A stretch of DNA of 64,000 nt, taken from the NCBI GenBank assembly GCA_012295275.1, contig CM022672.1, positions 33,480,001 through 33,544,000 on the forward strand, given 5' to 3'. This document shows positions 40,790 to 55,725 of the stretch, piece after piece; within the stretch, counting starts at the first letter, position 1; every line of letters begins with the position of its first letter. The notes beneath the pieces are model-generated. The model saw only the letters and a list, made by a program, of their open reading frames with translations. It was not told where the DNA came from and did no database searches. Position numbers and translations under genes: made by a program. The stretch comes from Chrysomallon squamiferum. Taxonomy: Eukaryota; Animalia; Mollusca.

Positions 40790-41660
40790 TGTATTAAAAA
40801 AATGTAGAGGATTTAACATATCAATCGACAGTCACTTTTGTTTGACAAGATTGTAAAACCAATATTATCATATGGATGCAAAATCTAGGGTTTTAGTCAT
40901 TTATATTTTACAAATATCTATTAAATGTTGAGTCAACACCTAGCTTTACGGTTATGGTAAATTAGAGAGATATCCATTGCCTATACGTTTTAAAGAAAGA
41001 ATGATTATATTTAGGTCATGTTGTTAACCGTAAAACATTTAAAATGTTGTTATCGTATAATCATAGTTTAAATGCTATATCAACGTCCTTTGTTATCTTC
41101 CATAAAAACTATACTAGATGAATGTGGTTTATATACTACATATTCGTGTCTCCAAATGAATGGCTTGTAGATAAAAATGCTGTTAAAAGAATTTTATGTT
41201 TTCAGTTCTTACAAAAATGGCATATAAATAGACTTGAGTCATCTAAAGGCTTTAATTGTAGGAAGTTTAAAGATGAATTTAAATTAGAAAATTATCTGTT
41301 CAAGATGCCAACAAAAAAAAATAATAGAAAATTTATAAGCAGTAATGTCAGACTTGCTATAGAAACTTGTAGATGGTTCAGTATCGAAAGAGAAGACAGA
41401 GTATTTCATTCATGTAATTCTGATACTAGTGCTGAGTTCCTCTATATTTTTAACGCACAACTTTATCTTCTGAGAGAAACAAATATATACCATATTATAC
41501 ACTTAGATCAAAAGCAGTAACATTTCAGCATTTGTTTTCTACAACAACAAAAAAATTACTTTTGTATAAATTTTCCCGACTTTTACAATTTATCACTGAG
41601 AGACTCAGTCTTCTGGGTCAGTTAATAATTATTTTGTTTTGTAAAGTTACAGTAAATATT
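40790..41660 (+). mobile_element. LINE (CR1/L2-like group) ORF2 C-terminal fragment, decayed
   Basis: ORF 41122-41520 reads QKWH..SSKG..RKFKDEFKLENYL..KFISSNVRLAIETCRWFSIEREDRVFHSCN..EF, the decayed form of the post-RT 'FRxSNHxLxIETGRW..R.C..C....DE.H' tail of non-LTR retrotransposons. Confidence 0.7.
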
Positions 41661-41715
41661 ATACAAAATGTATACAAATAACTTGACTAGAGTGATATTA
41701 GCAATTCTGCAGTGA

Positions 41716-41752
<37 letters not shown>

Positions 41753-43763
41753 AAAAAAAACCAGCAATCTTGAATCATATTATTTTCATCTCTCTCTCTG
41801 CGTAATAACATAAAAGAGTTCAAGTATGTGTTTGTGTGCCTACTCCAATATATAAAAAGTATTCACGATTTGAATTCTGCTATAACTTTTAAATGTATTA
41901 TATACTTTAAATATTTGTCATAAAACCATACACATACTATATATAAATAAGTATTTCTTCTTCTTATCTATTTATTTATTTATTTATTTATTAACTACAA
42001 ATAAATTATTTTTGCCTGGTCTTACCTTACTGTTAATCAATATCCAATGAATTTCAACTTTACAAACATTTCCACGCTCCCATCATTTTGTTTATCTCAG
42101 TGTAAACGTTGTTAGAGATTTCTGCTGTAGATTTGACATGAAATCAAGCAGTGTATTGCCTTTTATGGATACGTGTGGTTAATGTTTTCCACGAAAAGAC
42201 AAAGCTCTTTGTCACGTATTTTTCTTGGAAAAGGAAAGTAGACTCTGTTTGATTGGTTGCACAATTCAGGTATTTTCCCTGTTGGTATATGAGACGAGCT
42301 AGCCTTAATGAGTCATCCTAAAATTTCCACTGACCTTTCAACTTTGATCCGAATGATCGCGTGTCACAATAAGTAGCTGTGATAACACCGAGAAATATAA
42401 TCTAACGAATGGTTTATCTTAGAGGCGTTTTCTGTTTGTGGTGGTCTACTTCCTTATCTATTTAGTTACTTTATTTATTTTTATTTATTTTATTTTATTT
42501 TATTTTATTTTAATATTATTATTATTTTTTTTTTATTTATCTATTTTATTTTTTTTTTATTATTTTTTTTTTATTTTATTATTATTTTTTTATTATTGTT
42601 ATTATTTTTACATTATTAATTGAAGTAAAAGCAGTACTCGTTTCATAATGTTTAATCATTTTGATGATGAAAAAGAAACCTGGTGATATCTGTCTCCATC
42701 TGTATGTTTGGTTTTTTTGCACCCTTTAACAGTTTAAGATAACATAGTGATACAGTGCAACGTTTATGATAAACATGATAAAAGCATAGTTCACTTAGAT
42801 GGATTCCTTCTGCTTTTGCTGAACTAACAATGAACTGATTTATTAGTTAGCCATTCAGACTTCAGGTTTAGCTAGTTCTATTCTATGATGGGCGTTGTGT
42901 TCCCAGTGAACATAAAAAGCCGCCTCACACACAAATAACACCAGTAGTATGAGTCAGCAGAGTGACGTTAGATCACAGAAGGCAGGTTTACCTTGTTGGA
43001 AAGCAATACACTGAGTTGCACGCATGACCTGCTAAACGAAATGTCAAAAGTAAATGACAGGTTTCTATGTCAGTCTGTATCTACGCTCTTATCGTATATA
43101 ATTTGACAAATACAAATATAAAACAAAAAAATTCTTGTTTTTAAATTTTTGAAACAGCACGCACTATTTGAAGTTGGGTGTTATTTTGTGTATATTTCAA
43201 ACTAGTAAAATAAATTATTTTTCCACCAGCATACCATTACTTATAAGGGTTTTTTTTTTTTGGTGGGGGGGAGTTTGTGTTTTTTTTTATTATTATTATT
43301 TTTTTAATACCAGCCAGATTACTTACTTCGTAGTAATCAAGACGTTTGGTTTATCTGTGTCTGGAATTCCACCTTTTATGCGCGCGCTCTACTGTTAATT
43401 GTTTCTTAATGTCTGAACTACAGGCTGAGTTCTAATGAGACACCTAACACTCATACTACTGGTAATACTACAAATACTACCAAACCCTACTCTACTGATA
43501 ATGATAATACAAACACATCTGTTACTATTATCATTACAGCCATTACTATTACATTTTACTACTCGAGTACTGCTATCAGTTTATATATTTATATATATGT
43601 ATATAACTATGTTTGTTTCTGTTTACTCAGTCGCTTGTTACTGTGGAATTAATCGGACAATATTTCATGCAGATCTAAATAAAAATGAATGGTTTTACCT
43701 AAAAGGTTGCTTCTAGACATTCTTGTATCTGACATTTAGCAGAAAGTTGGCACAATTTAGAAG

Positions 43764-43796
<33 letters not shown>

Positions 43797-43880
43797 TTAC
43801 TTCTATAGTATCTGTATCTGTTGTCGTACCTTCACTATATTGTTATTATTGCTATTATTGGAACTGCCATTATGATTATG

Positions 43881-43927
<47 letters not shown>

Positions 43928-44702
43928 GATTATAACTACTACTGTTATTGCGACAACGATCATAACAACGTTGGCGAAACCTAATAACATTTCTACTTTG
44001 ATTACCCAAACTATTTATGGAACTACTCATATGACTACTTCAGTTTTATATCGTTGCAACACCTTCAGTTATTACTACTTAAATGACGTTATCTGTATTT
44101 AGGAAATACAGTCAACAACAAAAATCGCTATGAGTAATGTAAATTTATATTTTATTGCGGCGTATTTTTATACTGTTATATTAGAAGGAAGAAGAATGGA
44201 TACAGTAGTTGCGAACTGGTGTCGCTAGTTATTCTAACTGTGTGAACAGTTATGTCATTTACAGTCGTAGGTTTACTACATGAAGTAGTAAATATAAATA
44301 AAAATAAACAAACAAACAAACTAACAAACAAATAAGTAAATAAACAAGCAAACAAACAAATAAATAAATATTTTTCATTACTACTACTACTACTATTACT
44401 ACAACTCCTACTACTGCTACTATTCCTACATCTACTATTACTACTACTACTACTACCACTAATACTACTACAACCCCTACTACTACCTACTACTATTACT
44501 AATACATATATATTCGATCCACAATTAGTGTTACATTTTTATGTGAAATACATATTTACGATACAATGATTAAGATGTTATAACTTAAGGAAGCATAAAC
44601 CAAGGTCGCCCGAATAATATTTTCTGGATATTGACCCATAATTTTGTCCGCATTTGCCGACCTGACGATCTGTCATTTCGAGCCCTGCTATAACTAACTA
44701 AC

Positions 44703-44733
<31 letters not shown>

Positions 44734-45452
44734 CTAAATAAATAAATAAATAAATGAGAATAGATAAATTATTCAATAAATATTTCGCTAATACAACCAA
44801 ATGTGAGTTAAAAATCAGTTAATCTAGTTTCTACATAGAATGCCTTGAATCTAAATAGATATCATTTGGCATTATTGCTGACCCGTTATTTTCATAATTT
44901 AGAAAGACCACATTGTTCTGCCAATTACATATTTCAAACTGAAAAGAAAAAGTATGTCCTAATAAAATATTTAAATAAACATTATCTTGTTTCTTGGTGA
45001 AGAAATTCGGCTTCTGAACAGTTTTTAAGTTGTTTGTTTCTCATTGGTAGCTATGTCAGGTCTAATTCGTTCACAAATAAATTATTTTTGCCTGGTCTTA
45101 CCTTACTGTTAATCAATACCCGATGAATTTCAACTTTCCCTACATTTCCACGATCCCATCATTTGTTTCTCTCAGAGTAAACGTAGTCAGAGGTGTCTGC
45201 TGTAGATTTATTATGAAATCTAGCAGTTTACTGACTTTATTGGATACTGTGGTTATTGTTGCCTTTGATGGATATGTGAGGTTACTTTTCCCTTAGAAAA
45301 GAGAAAGCTCTTTTTCACGTATTGTTCTTAGCCTGTGTTTGATTGGCTGCACAATTCATGGCAGACTGTGTGTTACTCAAGGCATGAGAAATATGATAGT
45401 ATAGGCCCTATACACAAACGAGTCCTTAAATATTCAAAAAACAAACCAAAAG

Positions 45453-45514
<62 letters not shown>

Positions 45515-45651
45515 TGTGTGAGTGTATTTATGGCTATACTAACTACAAAACGTAAATCTGCATCACGAAGAGAGCTGTGAACCCTTGATGAAACGAAAGT
45601 GCTAAGAGTGAACCATGATCAAAATACAGAAACCAATGCTTTCATAATATG

Positions 45652-45693
<42 letters not shown>

Positions 45694-47036
45694 TTCTCTT
45701 AACTTCGGAAAATGCGTCACTCTGTGGAACGTTATATCATGCACAGTTATTTTGTTCCTTTACTACATGAGAGCGAGCTAAACTTAATGAGTCATTCTAA
45801 ACTTTATCTGGCCTCTCAAGTATGTCCCGATTTGTCAGGTGTTACAGTATTCGTTTATATTTTGTATGTATGTGTGTAAGCTAACCTTAGTGAGTAATCC
45901 TAAACTTCATCTGGCCTCTCAAGTATGTCCCGATTTCCCAGGTGTTACAGTTAGAAGTATGATGACTCAGAAAAAATCGCTATACAGAAAACAGGTGATC
46001 CGAAGAGAAACTTTAAAAACTTTAAATCTATGCTAGTTTTATATTATTTAAAAGTATTATACTACCAGTTGTAGTAATACTAGTAGTAATAGTAGTAGTA
46101 GTAGTAGTAGCATCAGTAGTAGTAGTTTTATCAGCAGCAGTAGTAGTAGTAATAGTAATAGTATAATAATAATGCTATAAATACTATTACTATTGTTATT
46201 TTCTTTCCTTTCTTTCTTTTTTTCTTACTTTTGGTGGAGCTTTTGTAACTTGATAAATGCATGTGTTATTTTATAATGTGCGGTTTCTTCCCAGTGAACG
46301 TATAAAACCGACTCATACAAAAGTAATACCAGTCATGTGACTCAGCAGTGTAGTTTCATTCCAGCAGTGTAAAATTTCGTCACAGCAGTGTAGAGTTTCG
46401 TCAAAGCAGGCACGTTTAGCTTGTGACAAAACAATGAACTGAGTTGCATGCACGATCTGCTAAACGTAATGTTAAAAATAAATGACAGGTTTTTATGTCA
46501 GTGTGTATCTTTGCCCTTACCAGATATATTTCATCAATAACAATTTTAGTTTGTTTTCTGTATTTTATTTTTAAAACAGCATGCACTATTTGAAGTTGGG
46601 TGTTATTTTGTGTTTATTTCAAAGTAGTAAAATAATTTCGTTTTCGTTTTCATTCCACCGGAGAACCACTACTTATTATTTTTTCTGGTGCTGCCTGACT
46701 ACTTACTTAGAAGTTTTCAAGACGTTTGGTTTCTCTGAAATTCCACCTTTTATGTCTTCTCGCTACTGTGAATTGTTTCTTAATGTCTTAGTCACAGGCG
46801 GAGTTCTAATGAGACAGCTACCACTCATAGTACTGGCAATCCTACCAATACTACAAAAACCCTACTCGACTAATAATGCTACTAATGCTACTAAGTTATA
46901 TCAGACTCTACTAATAACTCTAATACTAACACATCTGTTACTATTATTATTACAGTCATTACTTTTAACATTTTACTACTCGAGTATTGCTACAGCTAAT
47001 TATATAATGAAAAATGTTTGTTTCTTTGGCTCAGTC

Positions 47037-47144
47037 GCTTGTGATTTTTGCACGGATCGCAGAAAATAAAACAAAATAGTAATGTATTTTTTTTTTATCT
47101 AAAACGTTGCTTGAAGACATTCTTGAGTATGACATTGAGCAGAA

Positions 47145-47218
<74 letters not shown>

Positions 47219-47578
47219 TGACAAATTTACACACAAGGTTTACGCACACACATACAAAAGCGAAACCTCTTCCTTAAAAGGCTAATTGTTCATTTTTTAT
47301 ATTTTTTATTTTGCATGTTTGTAAGAAAGATGTGAATTCTTGTAGAAGAGTTTAAAGTTAGCGTATATGAAATCTGAATTATGCTCAATTTAAATTTAAC
47401 CTAATGCAAATATATAGTCAATGTTTTCTAATAAAAAGATCTAGTTATTTTGTGTAAGAATTAGTGAAAGAATGAATGTTTAACGACAACCCAGAAATTA
47501 TATTGTCTTGAATATTTCTAATAATAATAATAATAGCAATAATAATAATAATAATATAATAATAACAATAGCAACAAC

Positions 47579-47611
<33 letters not shown>

Positions 47612-47837
47612 CGCAGGTCCAATAATAGCAATAATAACAACAGAATAGTGAAGTTACCACACCAGATGTAGGCACTATGAAGGTAATAGTAATATTATTA
47701 TTACTGTTACTTGTAAATCGGTGCCAACTTTCTGCTAAATGTCATACTCAAGAATGTCTTCAACCAATGTTTTAGATAAAAAAAAAATCCATTACTATTT
47801 TGTTTTATTTTCTGCGATCGGTGCAAAAATCACAAGC
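47037..47837. repeat. Local inverted repeat, ~109-bp arms (47037-47145 and 47729-47837) around a ~580-bp spacer
   Basis: gcttgtgatttttgcac..gacattgagcagaaa versus tttctgctaaatgtc..gtgcaaaaatcacaagc, reverse-complementary with a few mismatches. Confidence 0.85.
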
Positions 47838-48460
47838 ACCTTAACGAGTCATCCTAAAATTTCCACTGGCCTCTCAACTTTGATCCGAACTATCGCGTGT
47901 CACAATAAGTAGCTGTGACAACACCGAGAAATATAATCTAACGAATGGTTTATCTTAGAGGCGTTTTCTTCCTTCTCTATTTAGTTAGTTTTATTTATTT
48001 ATTTATTTATTTATTTATTTTTTTTTTATTTATTTATTTTTTTTTTTTTTTTTTTTTTTTTTTTATTTATTATTTTTTTTTTTTTTTATTATTTTTTATT
48101 ATTATTATTATTTTTACCTTATTGATTGAAGTAAAAGCAGTACTCGTTTCATAATGTTTATTCATTTTGATGATGAAAAAGAAACATGGTGATATCTGTC
48201 TCCATCTATGTGTTTGGCTTTTTTGCACCCTTTAACAGTTTAAGCTAACATAGTGATACAGTGCAACGTTTATAATAAACATGATAAAAGCATAGTTCAC
48301 TGAGATGGATTCCTTCTGCTTTTGCTGAAATAACAATAAATGTATTTATTAGTTAGGCATTTAGACTTCAGGTTTAGCTATTTCTGTTCTATGACGGGTG
48401 TTGTGTTCCCAGTGAGCATAAAATGCCGCCTCACACACAAATAACACCAGTAGTATGAGT

Positions 48461-48550
48461 CAGCAGTGTAAAGTTTGATCACAGCAGAGTAAACTTTGAT
48501 CACAGCAGAGTAAACTTTGATCACAGCAGAGTAAACTTTGATCACAGCAG
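48461..48550 (+). repeat. 21-bp minisatellite x4 (cagcagagtaaactttgatca)
   Basis: Visible directly. A degenerate 3-copy version lies at about 46343-46410, and single copies lie in the other module copies (42954, 55344). Confidence 0.85.
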
Positions 48551-48764
48551 GCAGTTTATCAGAAGTAAATGACAGGTTTCTATGTCAGTGTTTATCTAGC
48601 CCCTTACCAGATATCTTTTGATCAGTTACAATTATAATTTTTTTTCTTCTGTTTTAAATGTTTTAAAACAGCATGCACTATTTGAAATTGGGTGTTATTT
48701 TGTGTTTATTTCAAACTAGGAAAATAAATTCTTTTTCCACCAGCATACAATTACTCATATGTCG

Positions 48765-48795
<31 letters not shown>

Positions 48796-49403
48796 CCTGC
48801 CTGACTACTTACTTCGCAGTTTTCAAGACGTTTTATCTGTGTCTGGAATTCCACCTTTCATGCGTGCGCTCTACTGTTAATTGTTTCTTAATGTCTGAAC
48901 TACAGGCGGAGTTCTAATGAGGACAGCTACCACTCATACTACTGGTAATACTACACTACTACCAAACCCTACTCTACTGATAATGATAATACAAACACAT
49001 CTGTTACTATATCATTACAATCACTACTATTACATTTATATATATATATATAAATATATCATTACAACCATTACCATTATATATATATATATATATATCG
49101 TTACAACCATTACTATTTCATTTATATCTATATATATATAGAACTATGTTTGTTTCTGTTGACTCAGTCGCTTGTGACTAGGAATTAATCGGAGAAAATT
49201 TCATGCGGAAAAAATGAAAATGAATGGTTTTACCTAAAAGGTTGCTTCTATACATTCTTGTATGTGACATTTAGCAGAAAGTTGGCACCGGTTTAGAAGT
49301 TTCAGTAATAATAATAATAATAATATTACTTCTATAGTATCTGTATCTGTTGTACCTTCACTATATTGTTGTTATTATTGCTATTATTGGAACTGCCATT
49401 ATG

Positions 49404-49456
<53 letters not shown>

Positions 49457-50289
49457 AACTACTACTGTTATTGCGACAACGATGATAACAACGTAGGCGA
49501 AACCTAATAACATTTCTACTTTGATTACCCAAACTATTTATGGAACTACTCATATGACTACTTCAGTTTTATATCGTTGCAACACTTCAGTTATTACTAC
49601 TTAAATGACGTTATCTGTATTTAGGAAATACAGTCAACAACAAAAATCGCTATGAGTAATGTAAATTTATATTTTATTGCGGCATATTTTTATACTGTTA
49701 TGTCAGAAGGGAGAAGAATGGATACAGTAGTTGCGAACTGGTGTCGCTAGTTATTCTAACACTGTGAACAGTAACGTCATTTACAGTAGTACGTTTACTA
49801 CAAGAAGAAGTAGTAAATAAAAAAAATAAAAAATAAACAAACAAACAAACAAACAAACAAACAAATAAATAAATAAACAAGCAAACAAACAAATAAATAA
49901 ATATTTTTCATTACTACTACTACTACTATTACTACAACTCCTACTACTACCTACTACAATTACTAATAATGCAATTCTGTAGACTCAGTACTACTACTAC
50001 TGACTTTTGCACTTAGTTCCTACTGAAGAGGCAATTTAGTTACATTTTTTGTGAAAAAACTTCGAATAAAAGAGACAAAATAAGAAAAACAAATAAAGAG
50101 GCTCTGTATAAACGTTTTTGAATGGTTCACCCAAGTCTGATAATCTGCTTTTAAAGGTTTTTAATAACTGTCATGTGCTAGAAGTGCACATCATTTTTAC
50201 GTAAATCTGAGATAAAAAGTTAAAATAAAAGTAACAAACAAAAACAATTAGCCTTTTAAGGAATTCGTTTCGGTTTGTGTGTTTGTGTG

Positions 50290-50337
<48 letters not shown>

Positions 50338-50405
50338 GCTGTGTGTGTGTAATATTGTCAATTTTATAAATATTTGTATATATGGACAAAAAAATATAAC
50401 ATTAT

Positions 50406-50536
<131 letters not shown>

Positions 50537-50760
50537 GTCTTTCTAAATTTTTTCTCTCAAGTTCTTTCTTTCATTGTAACGCTCACTGACTGTCTCTATC
50601 TGTCTCTCCTTAACACACACAATAACACACGTACACAAAACAAAAAAATACAAAAGGGTTAAAAAAATAAAAGGAAAAAACAGGATATGGTTGTTTTTCT
50701 TATCTTTTCTAAGTTCAGTAAGTTCGACTGTCATAAAAACATCGAGTGAGAGAAGCAAAC

Positions 50761-51454
50761 ATGTTGGTTTTCGCTGTCCTAACGTTTTCTGCGTTTCTTT
50801 ACACTTCAGATTGTTACTGTCTGATGGACATGCCAAAATTCAACATGACAGGTACGTTAATCATTTCTGTACTCAGACATTCAAACCAAGGTGTGTTTAC
50901 AACAAACGTATGTTATTAGTAGTATAGCTTACCTTCTTTGTCTTCGTAAATTAATTAATATTTATATATATGTCAGCTTGTAAGGAAACTTTTGTCTGTT
51001 ATTTTTTCTTTTTTTTGTCTGTTTTTTTTTTTTTTTAATTAAGTATCTAGTTAAAACAAAGGGAATTTTATGAATGTGACATTAAAAACCTGGCTGACAG
51101 GTGGAAAGAGGACACAGAGAAGAATGATGACTGTAACATATATTTCATATTACCTGTTTTCAAAAGGGCAGAAACGATAAGGTTGAACATTTACTAAAAG
51201 GTGCTGTTTGTATATGTTTACTGAGGATAAAAGAAAGTGAATCTACATTTGTTTATTATTGTTAAAAAAAACAAGAAACCAATGTTGATAGTATTTGTTT
51301 ATTATCCGTAAAAGTTATCGGCTCGTTTTATTAACAGTTTAGGTAATTTATATATATGTATGTGTGTGTGAGTAGTAAAAAATATATATCTATATGTATG
51401 TGTGTGTATATATATATATCCCACAGCAACAAACACGTACAACACACAGACAGT

Positions 51455-51488
<34 letters not shown>

Positions 51489-52824
51489 TGCTATCACTTG
51501 TATCTAGGACGCGATAAGAAAGAAAAAAGATTAAATATGTGCTTAGGGAGCAAAGATTAACATAGTTTCAGTCACATATGAGAGAGCAGTTAAATTGGAT
51601 TTACTAAACTATTGCTGTTGTTGTAGGTGACGAACATACTAAACCGTACTGCCAGTTTGACGGTGTTGTGATGTCACCGGGAGATACTGTTAAATTCGAG
51701 AACATATTGAAAACCAGAAACGTACACAATGTTACAAATATACAGCAATTAATCCACTACAACATGTCCTAGCGCAAAGCAAGATGAAAAAAAAAAAAAA
51801 AAAAAGAGAGAAATAAAACTAATAATAATCCTCTTTTGATTCCTTTTGTTATTCAGTCAGCGGGGTTTGTTTTCTTTTAATTAATCATTTCACAATGAAA
51901 TATGCTATTTTTCTTTGTTTCGTATTACTAAAAAAAGCAAAAAACAATTATCTACGATAAATGCTTCACAAAACCCGCAAGAGGAGTTCAGGAATAGAAA
52001 GGTCAGAGTAAGATCTGAAGTTTTTGAAAACAGGGTCGATAAGTTGCTGATGCTGTTCCATTATGACTACTACGACTACTACAACAGCTACTACTACTAT
52101 TAACCACTACTTCTAAACATCGACTGTTGTTATTATTATTATAATTATCATAATAATAATAGTTATAATAATAATAATCATAATAATAATAATTATTATT
52201 ATTATTCTTATTAGTATTATTTTTTGATGTTGTTGTTGTTGTTGCTGGCGACATTATCTTATCGTCGTCATCCAGATGTTGTCGGTATCTTATTGTCACC
52301 CTAGTTATTTTGTTGTTACTACTACTGCTACTACTACTACTACTACTACTACTACTGCTAGTATTATCTTCAACATCAACATCATAATTATCATGGTCAT
52401 TATCATTACTACTACTACCACTCCTACTACTTCTAAAGCCTCATCATCAACGACGTAATTTTCGTCAGTATGATCATGTTGCTTTTAATAATGGCGGAAT
52501 AAACAGTGCATATTTATATTATTTTATATACAGTGAAAAAATACTGTGAAGGTGAAGATGGTAGAAAATCGGACAAACAACAGGGGAAGTTTACAAAGTG
52601 GACATGCACTATTTTGGGGCTCTCATGTTGCGGGTTATTACTATTTCTTGCTCTTCCTTTTCTAATTTGTTTTTGTTCTTATTCTTCTTTCTCACTATCT
52701 GTAAAGTTTTTAATATATATTCTTGCAAAAGGCGATATATCCACATTTTCAGCGAAATGGATATATTTATCTACCTACTAACTTACCGATCGATGCTGAA
52801 TATACATATACACACTCACATACA

Positions 52825-52860
<36 letters not shown>

Positions 52861-52989
52861 TATCATATTCAAGCACTACGAATGATAACAATGAACTAAA
52901 ATCCCAAATTTCAGGAGACTTTCTTGATGAATTTCTTTCTTATGTGTTTAGTATAGTTGATTATTGTAATAGGTCATTCTATGTGAAAG

Positions 52990-53021
<32 letters not shown>

Positions 53022-53196
53022 TGTATGTATGTATGTACATTACTGTTTTTGTGGTTATTAGTTTCCGGTTTACAGCTATGATATTGCCAATGCTGCATTT
53101 TTCGTTCCTGAAGGATGTATCGTGAAAAAGGGAGACGACTGCAAACCGATGTTAATGGATGAGAACAACATCACCCGAAAATGCAACTTTAATTAG
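50761..53196 (+). CDS. Chimeric MSP-like locus: subfamily A exon 1 upstream of subfamily B exons 2-3 (in frame; possibly a pseudogene)
   Basis: Exon 1 50761-50851 (MLVFAVLTFSAFLYTSDCYCLMDMPKFNMT), B exon 2 52534-52633 (VKKYCEGEDGRKSDKQQGKFTKWTCTILGLSCCG) and exon 3 53076-53196 (YDIANAAFFVPEGCIVKKGDDCKPMLMDENNITRKCNFN*). No stops, but two conserved Cys are lost and a truncated A exon 2 lies in between. Confidence 0.5.
51627..51702 (+). pseudogene. Truncated subfamily A exon 2 at a rearrangement junction
   Basis: ttgtag|GDEHTKPYCQFDGVVMSPGDTVKFEN, then an abrupt switch at about 51703 to sequence that is the reverse complement of about 13070 leftwards. Confidence 0.85.
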
Positions 53197-53468
53197 CATA
53201 GATGAATCCGAACAGTTGGTTGAAAACAAAACAAAAACAAACACAAAAACATATTATCTCCTGCTTCCTTATTCATTTTTTCTTCTAGGTTTTTTGTTTC
53301 GTTTTCATTTTCGTTCGGTTAGATTTTTATCTTTGTTTTAAGAAATATGAGAACAACATCCAAAAAACTGTGTATAATCAAAAAAGAAAAATGTGATCCA
53401 TAATTTTTATAATTTGATTTCACAAAATTTTGGTTTGCGTCCGCTTATCTCCGTGTGTGTGTGTGTGT

Positions 53469-53607
<139 letters not shown>

Positions 53608-53801
53608 GTCCCTCTGCATAATATCATAAAAGATTTCAAGTATGTTTTCGTGTGCCTATTCCAATATCTAAAAAGTGTTCAATATCTGAATGCTGCAATA
53701 ACTTTTAAATGTATTATATTTTAAATTATTGTCATAAAACCAAATGCATACTACATGTAAATAAATATTTTTTTTTCTTCTTCTTCTTCTTCTTCTTCTT
53801 C

Positions 53802-53869
<68 letters not shown>

Positions 53870-55725
53870 CGTAGTAGTAGTAGTATTTTCAGTATAATTT
53901 CATAGTGTTTATTTATTTAGTTATTTGTTGGGCTTTTTTATTATTTATTTATTGATTTATTTATTTATTTAGTTTTTTCTTAACTACAAATAAAATACGT
54001 TTGCCAGTCCGTATACATTTTTAAAAACTTACCTTACTGTTAATCAACATCCAGTAGATTTAACTTTCCACATATTTACTCACTCTCGTAATTTTGTTTC
54101 GCTCAGCGTAGATGATGTTAAAGGTTTCTGCTTTAGATTTAATTTTATCTCAAGCAGTTTACTGCCTTTTATGAATACGTGAGCTTCCTTGGTTTCTTAG
54201 AAAAGAGAAAGTTCTTTGTGGCGTATTTTTCTTGGTAAAAGAAAGTAGACTGTCTTTGTCTGGTTGCACAATTGATGGCAGACTCTGTGTTATTCATTGG
54301 TAGTATACGCCCTATGCACAAACGAGTCCTTAAATAATGAAAAAAAAACCACTAACATAACAATAATTAAAAAAACAAAATTGTGTCAGCGTATTTATAT
54401 CTATACTAACGAAAAAAAAGTAATTTTGCATCATGAAGAGAGTTGTGAACTCTGCATGAAACGAATGTGCGAGGAGTGAACTATGATCAAAATATTGAAA
54501 TCAGTGCTTTCATAATATGTACTGATTTTTTCTGTTTTTTTCTTTCATTAACTTCAGAAAATGTGTGACTGTGGAACATTATATGATGCACAGTTAATTT
54601 TTTGACAAGAATATCTCACAGCGAGCTAACCTTAATGAGTCATCCTAAACTTCGTCTGGCCTCTCAAGTATGTCCCGGTTTGCCAGATGTCATAATTAGA
54701 AGTAAGTGTGGTGACACAGATAAATCAAAATATAGAAAGCAGGTCACCCGATGAGAAACTTTAAAAGAACTTTACATGTAAGCTAGTTTTATTTTATTTT
54801 TAAATTGTTATTGTTTCGTATTACTACCTACTAGTTGTTGCAGTAGAAATAGTATACTAATACGACTACAAATACTACTATAACAATTGTTATTTTCTTT
54901 CTTTTATTTCTGTTGTCTTTTTTCATACTTTTTTCTGCTTTATTCTTTTACTTCTTTTATATTGAATATTATTACATATTTCATCTTCGAGGTCCGTCTG
55001 TATTTTTCGTATTTTCCGTTCGATATTTATAGACATCTTTGAATTTTTTAATTATTATTCTTATTTTTTTATTTGATATATTTTTTTATGTTTTCAATTT
55101 CGTTTGCCTGATTTAACTGATTAAAACAAGTACTCGTTTCATAATGTTTAATCATTTTGAGGATGAAAAAGAAAAAACGGTGATATTTATGTGTTTGCTT
55201 CTCTGCGTCTTTTAAAGGTTTAAGCTGACACACGTGTGTAGCGAAACATTTAGACTTTAACTAAGACATTAATTTTGTAAAGAGCGATGTGTTACCAGTG
55301 AACGTACAAAGCCGCCGCACACGTATAATACACTCGTACGAGTCAGCATTGTAAAGTTTCGTCACAGCAGGCAGGTTTCTTTTGTAACAAAACAATAAAC
55401 TCAGTTCCATACATGAGCTGCTAAACGTAATCTGAAAAGTAAATGACAGGATTTTACGCCAGTCTGTATTTACGTCCTTACCAGATATACTTTGATCAAT
55501 AAGAATTATGATAATTTGAAGCTGGCTGTTACTTTGTGTTTATTTCAAATCAGTCAAATAAATTATTTTTCGTTTTCTTTCCACCAGCCTAAAACTACTT
55601 ACGTTTGTTTTAATACCTGCCTGACTACTTACTTCGTAGCTTTCAAGACGCTTGGTTGTTTTTGTTGTCGTTGCTAAGTTAAGTAAGTTCGACGGTCATA
55701 AATTCATCGAGTGAGAAAAGCAAAC

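Larger units (their letters stand above)
42300..49960 (+). repeat. Tandem segmental duplications of a ~2 kb non-coding module (about 42300-44500 and 47840-49960; more diverged copy about 45075-47145)
   Basis: Long near-identical stretches, e.g. gagtcatcctaaaatttccactg at about 42310 and 47846, and ctatagtatctgtatctgttg at 43803 and 49332. The module is homologous to the region upstream of MSP exon 1 (54000-55650; inverted at 2440-4050). Confidence 0.85.
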
